Shown here one piece after another: positions 14,722 through 18,592 of a stretch of 18,592 bases of DNA (the first letter of the stretch is position 1; the number at the start of each line of letters is the position of its first letter). The stretch lies in NCBI GenBank assembly GCA_040081625.1, contig JBEBGD010000110.1:1-18592 (forward strand). The letters run 5' to 3'. Both the position numbers and the translations under genes were made by a program. The stretch comes from Chthoniobacteraceae bacterium. GTDB lineage: Bacteria; Verrucomicrobiota; Verrucomicrobiia; Chthoniobacterales; Chthoniobacteraceae. Under the pieces are notes generated by a model. The model was not told the DNA's origin. It did no database searches and was given only the letters and a program-made list of their open reading frames with translations.

Positions 14722-17700
14722 GTGAAAATCCCGATCTCCCGCGTTCGTCGTGCCAAGGCCCCTTTCTTCGTAGAGCCGCTCGAATCCCGCATCGCACCGG
14801 CGGCAGCGTTTTCGCAATTCGTCGATCCTCACCCCGCACCGGGCAATCAGTTTGGATTCGATCTCGTGGTCTTGAGCACCGGGAATGTCGTGATCACGTC
14901 GCCGTTCGACGATTTCAACGGCCCGGATACGGGGGCGGTTTATCTTTTTAATGGAGCGACTGGCGCGCTGATCTCCGAATTGCACGGCTCGTCGGCCAGC
15001 GATCAGGTGGGCTTCGGCGGAGTGACGGCGCTGACCAACGGCAACTTTGTCGTGAGCAGCCCGGGTTGGGACAATGGAGGGTTGTTCGACGCTGGCGCGG
15101 TGACGTGGGGCAGTGGCACGACGGGCATCTCCGGCACGGTGAGCCAGACGAACAGCCTGGTGGGCACGACCGCGAACGACATCGTCGGCGGCGCGGGTGG
15201 GGTGACGGCGCTGAGCAACGGAAACTATGTGGTGGGCAGCTCGCTTTGGAAGGATGGCGGGGGTGCGTCGGTGGGCGCGGCGACCTGGGGCAACGGGATC
15301 AGCGGCAGCTTCGGGGCGGTGGACGCGACGAACAGCCTCGTGGGCAGCACGGCGGGTGACGCGGTGGGCAGCTCCATCCTTCCGCTCGGCAATACTGGCA
15401 ACTACGTGGTGACCAGCTTCAATTGGGACAACACCGGCGCGATCGATGCCGGCGCTGTGACGTGGGGCAACGGCAGCAACGGCAGCACGGTCGGGGCGGT
15501 GAGCGCGGCGAATAGCCTCGTGGGCACCACGGCGGGCGATCAGGTCGGCTTCAATGCTGCGGGCGGTTTGATCGTGCTGAACAATGGCAACTACGTGGTC
15601 TCGAGCATCTTCTGGGACAACGGCGCGGCGCTCGATGCAGGCGCGGCGACGTGGGGCAGCGGCACGACTGGCGTCTCCGGCTCCGTGAGCGCCGTGAACA
15701 GCCTCGTGGGATCCACCAATAGTGATCAAGTGGGGTCCGGCCTGCGGGCGCTGAGCAATGGCAACTACGTCGTGCTCTCCGTTCGGTGGAATGACGGCGC
15801 TGTGCCTGAAGCGGGCGCCGCGACGTGGGGCAGTGGCACCGCAGGCGTAATCGGCGGAGTGAGCGCGGCCAATAGCCTGGTCGGCAGCCAGGCGTTCGAT
15901 CAGGTCGGCAGCAATGCCTTCGCCTTGACCAACGGAAACTATGTGGTGCTGAGCTCACTTTGGGACAACGGCGCGGTCGGCGATGCGGGCGCGGCGACTT
16001 GGGGCGACGGCACCACCGGCATCTCCGGCGTGGTAAGTTCGGGCAATAGTCTGGTCGGGAGCACGTCGGCAGATCAGGTCAGCAACTCCGGCGTGGTGCT
16101 GAGCAATGGCAACTACGTGGTCCTCAGCCCATCGTGGAACTCCGGCGGAGCCGCGACTTTCGTCGGTGCCGCGACGTGGGGCGACGGCACCACCGGCATC
16201 TCCGGCGTGGTAAGTTCGGGCAATAGTCTGGTCGGGAGCACGTCGGCAGATCAGGTCAGCAACTCCGGCGTGGTGGCGCTGACCAATGGAAACTACGTGG
16301 TGCTCAGCCCGGAATGGGACAATGGCGGTTCTTTCAATGGCGGTGCCGCGACCTGGGGTGACGGGACGACTGGCATCTCCGGCAGTATCACCTCGGCGAA
16401 TAGCCTGGTCGGCGACACGCTCGATCGAGTCGGCAGCGGCGCAGTCGCGCTCACCAACGGCAACTACGTGGTGCGCAGCCCGCTGTGGAACTTCCAACAA
16501 GGAGCCGCGACCTGGGGCAACGGCACCACCGGCGTCACCGGCTTGGTGGGCGTGGGGAATAGCCTCGTCGGCAACACGCCAAACGACCGCGTCGGCGCCG
16601 GCGTGACGGCGCTGACGAACGGAAACTACGTGGTCGTCAGCTACGAGTGGGACAATGGCGCGATCGCCGACACTGGCGCGGTGACTTGGGGCAACGGCAC
16701 GACCGGCGTCGTGGGCGCGGTGAGCGCCGCGAACAGCCTCGTCGGCAGCACGGAAAACGACCATCTCGGCTACGACTTCAGCGGCCCGGTGGAAGTGACC
16801 GCGCTGAGCAACGGACACTACGTGGTGAAGAGCCCGGATTGGGACAGCGGCCTCCTGGCCGATGCGGGCGCGATCACCTTCGGCGACGGCACCACCGGCG
16901 TCGTCGGCACGATCAATTCCACCAACAGCGGCATCGGCGCCACGGCCTCGACCGCGCTCTTCCGCGTGGACGTGGATGCTGCGAACATGAACTTTTTCGG
17001 GACGTTTGCCTCGGAAGGCGGCGGCGTGATCCGGGTGGGTGCATTTGCGGATGGCTTCGCCCTGCCCGGGTCCGACACGCTCATCACCTTGACCGCGGGA
17101 GATCTCCTCGTCGCCGGCAGCGGCAACGACGACGTGATCACGATCGTCTTGATGGGAGCAAATGTGCGGATCAGCGATCTGGACAATCTGCTCGGCGCCG
17201 GGCCCGGCACGACCCAGGTGGATACGCACACGGTGGATGTGCCCTTCGCCTCGATCACTGGCACGATCACCTTCGACGCGCTCGCCGGGACGGATGTGCT
17301 GGTGCTGGATCTGAGTGGCGGCAACCCCATGCCGTCCGGCGGCATTTTCTTCGCTGGCGGCGCGGACGGCGGAGCCGGGGACGATTCGATCGAGATCGCC
17401 GGGGGTCTGCAGTCTCTGGTGACTTACAACTTCACCAACACGAACGATGGCAACGTGGTGCTGGCCAGTTTCGGAACGCTGAACTTCACCGGCCTTGGGC
17501 TGATCACCGACTTCGGCAGTGCGAACGACATCATCTTCAACCTGCCCGCCGCGGGCGTGGGAGTGCTGCTGGACGACGGAACGCCGGGCGATACCCTCTC
17601 GCAGTTGAGCAGCACGTCGATTCCGACCGTCCAGTTCGCGAACCCGCTCGCCACGGTCGCGCTCAACCGCGGCACCGCGGCGGACAACGTGGTGGTCCTG

Positions 17701-18592
17701 TCGCTCCCGGATCTCACCGCCGATCTCACCTTCGGTTCGGTCGCGAGCCCGTTCAACGCGCTGACTTTTTTCGGCGCCACGATCGCGCTCGGGTCGGGCC
17801 GGAACCTCACCGCCTTTGCGAGCGGCACGATCGACGTGCGCGACTCGGCGAACCTCTCCACAGCCGGCTTCGGGGCGATCACGCTCACGACGCTGCGCGA
17901 CATCGTCTTCTCGGCCGGGTCGGTCATTTCCACCGGGAATGGCAACCTGACGCTCTCGGCGAACGCGGCGGGGACCACGACGGGCAGCTTCATCGGGATC
18001 GATCTCAACTCCGGCACGGTGGATGTGGGGGAAGGCGGCATCCTCACGATCACCGCCTCGGGGGGCAACGGGGCCGGCTCGCAGCATGGCCTGCGGCTGA
18101 GCAATGGGGCCTTCATTTCCGGCGGCGCCGACGTGGGGGAACTGGCCAGCATCACCGGCCTCGGGGGCAACTCGACCAACGGCAACGCGAGTGTCGGCAT
18201 CCTCTTCGACGGAGGGGTGATCTCTTCCCACGGCGGCGATGTGGCGGTGACCGGCGTGGGCGGCACCGGCGGGACGGCGGGCGAAAGTTCCGGCATTTAC
18301 ATGATCGGCGCTTCTTCGGTGATCACCTCGGCGGGCACGGTCGCGGTCACGGGCACCGGCGGCGACGCGGTGGGCTCGACGAATACCGGCGTGGACGTGC
18401 GCACCGGCGCGACGATCCTTTCTACCGGAGGCACGGTGACCGTGACCGGCACGGGCGGGCCGAACCCGGCGAGCGTGAACCCCGGCGTCCGCTCAATCAT
18501 CGGCAGCCTCATCTCGACCGGCACCGGCGGGACGCTGACCGTCGTCGGGACCGCCGGCGCGGGCACGGGGGTGGGGACGAGCGGTGTCGTGG
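14722..18592 (+). CDS. Large surface/adhesin-like protein with LEPR-XLL leader, DUF5650-type repeats and beta-helix-like repeats; 3'-truncated (>1290 aa)
   Basis: Absent from the ORF track because there is no stop in the window. My translation of frame +1 is open from GTG 14722 (alternative GTG 14695) to the end: MKIPISRVRRAKAPFFVEPLESRIAPAAAFSQFVDPHPAPGNQFG... Gly/Thr/Ser/Asn-rich, and I saw no Cys. Confidence 0.9.
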   Translation, partial: MKIPISRVRRAKAPFFVEPLESRIAPAAAFSQFVDPHPAPGNQFGFDLVVLSTGNVVITSPFDDFNGPDTGAVYLFNGATGALISELHGSSASDQVGFGGVTALTNGNFVVSSPGWDNGGLFDAGAVTWGSGTTGISGTVSQTNSLVGTTANDIVGGAGGVTALSNGNYVVGSSLWKDGGGASVGAATWGNGISGSFGAVDATNSLVGSTAGDAVGSSILPLGNTGNYVVTSFNWDNTGAIDAGAVTWGNGSNGSTVGAVSAANSLVGTTAGDQVGFNAAGGLIVLNNGNYVVSSIFWDNGAALDAGAATWGSGTTGVSGSVSAVNSLVGSTNSDQVGSGLRALSNGNYVVLSVRWNDGAVPEAGAATWGSGTAGVIGGVSAANSLVGSQAFDQVGSNAFALTNGNYVVLSSLWDNGAVGDAGAATWGDGTTGISGVVSSGNSLVGSTSADQVSNSGVVLSNGNYVVLSPSWNSGGAATFVGAATWGDGTTGISGVVSSGNSLVGSTSADQVSNSGVVALTNGNYVVLSPEWDNGGSFNGGAATWGDGTTGISGSITSANSLVGDTLDRVGSGAVALTNGNYVVRSPLWNFQQGAATWGNGTTGVTGLVGVGNSLVGNTPNDRVGAGVTALTNGNYVVVSYEWDNGAIADTGAVTWGNGTTGVVGAVSAANSLVGSTENDHLGYDFSGPVEVTALSNGHYVVKSPDWDSGLLADAGAITFGDGTTGVVGTINSTNSGIGATASTALFRVDVDAANMNFFGTFASEGGGVIRVGAFADGFALPGSDTLITLTAGDLLVAGSGNDDVITIVLMGANVRISDLDNLLGAGPGTTQVDTHTVDVPFASITGTITFDALAGTDVLVLDLSGGNPMPSGGIFFAGGADGGAGDDSIEIAGGLQSLVTYNFTNTNDGNVVLASFGTLNFTGLGLITDFGSANDIIFNLPAAGVGVLLDDGTPGDTLSQLSSTSIPTVQFANPLATVALNRGTAADNVVVLSLPDLTADLTFGSVASPFNALTFFGATIALGSGRNLTAFASGTIDVRDSANLSTAGFGAITLTTLRDIVFSAGSVISTGNGNLTLSANAAGTTTGSFIGIDLNSGTVDVGEGGILTITASGGNGAGSQHGLRLSNGAFISGGADVGELASITGLGGNSTNGNASVGILFDGGVISSHGGDVAVTGVGGTGGTAGESSGIYMIGASSVITSAGTVAVTGTGGDAVGSTNTGVDVRTGATILSTGGTVTVTGTGGPNPASVNPGVRSIIGSLISTGTGGTLTVVGTAGAGTGVGTSGVV
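14842..16938 (+). repeat. Coding tandem array: one FG-GAP-like unit plus 11 units of about 55-63 aa (DUF5650-type)
   Basis: Consensus DQVG..VxALxNGNYVVxSxxWDNG...AGAATWGxGTTGxxGxVSxxNSLVGST, recurring about every 170-190 nt from about 15001 to 16938. Confidence 0.9.
16000..16275 (+). repeat. Exact 99-bp direct repeat: 16000-16098 = 16177-16275
   Basis: tggggcgacggcaccaccggcatctccggcgtggtaagttcgggcaatagtctggtcgggagcacgtcggcagatcaggtcagcaactccggcgtggtg occurs twice, 177 nt apart and in frame. Confidence 0.92.
17941..18592 (+). repeat. Degenerate Gly/Thr-rich repeats of about 30-35 aa (beta-helix / haemagglutinin-like)
   Basis: Units LTITASGG...QHGL, SITGLGG...SVGI, VAVTGVGG...SSGI, VAVTGTGG...NTGV, VTVTGTGG...NPGV, LTVVGTAG...TSGV. 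Confidence 0.7.

Noticed and set aside
14365..15729. 454-aa minus-strand ORF as a full-length gene
   Set aside because: The portion above about 14720 is antisense to the repeat protein and merely mirrors its repeats. Only the last 93 codons (from ATG 14646) look protein-like.
16000..16275. 99-bp pair as a diversity-generating retroelement TR/VR
   Set aside because: The copies are identical with no adenine-specific mismatches, both lie inside one CDS, and no reverse transcriptase is in the window.
15001..16938. Periodic DNA repeats as a CRISPR array or non-coding repeat
   Set aside because: The period is about 170-190 nt and in frame, with divergence concentrated at third codon positions. 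These are protein-coding repeats, and there are no cas genes.

Overview
High-GC bacterial chromosomal DNA, probably PVC superphylum and Chthoniobacterales-like Verrucomicrobiota. This is inferred from the 'EPLESRIAPA' leader, the sulfatase and Tat-Gfo content, and a PVC-type ABC/TPR triad. There are three blocks. (1) <3..9165 (+) is a tightly coupled gene string: GT4 (5'-truncated), GT9 heptosyltransferase-like, MsbA, a small exported beta-hairpin protein, a GalT-fold protein lacking its catalytic His and nearly all metal ligands, acylphosphatase, an inserted antitoxin/RelE-ParE-like toxin pair, a PilH/PilI/PilG-like ABC ATPase-permease-TPR triad, and a metallophosphoesterase. (2) 9175..14646 (-) is an exported catabolic cluster: sulfatase, Tat xylose-isomerase-like TIM barrel, Tat Gfo/Idh/MocA oxidoreductase, an uncharacterised beta-propeller-like protein, and a 93-aa remnant resembling an M14 carboxypeptidase C-terminus. 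(3) 14722..>18592 (+) is a very large LEPR-XLL surface protein missed by the ORF track because it has no stop in the window. It has 11 DUF5650-type repeats plus one FG-GAP-like unit, an exact 99-bp internal duplication, and beta-helix-like repeats. Several genes have a TANNNT box 5-7 nt before the ATG, suggesting leaderless transcripts. No rRNA, tRNA, CRISPR or transposase was seen. Family calls come from motif recognition by eye, not database searches.
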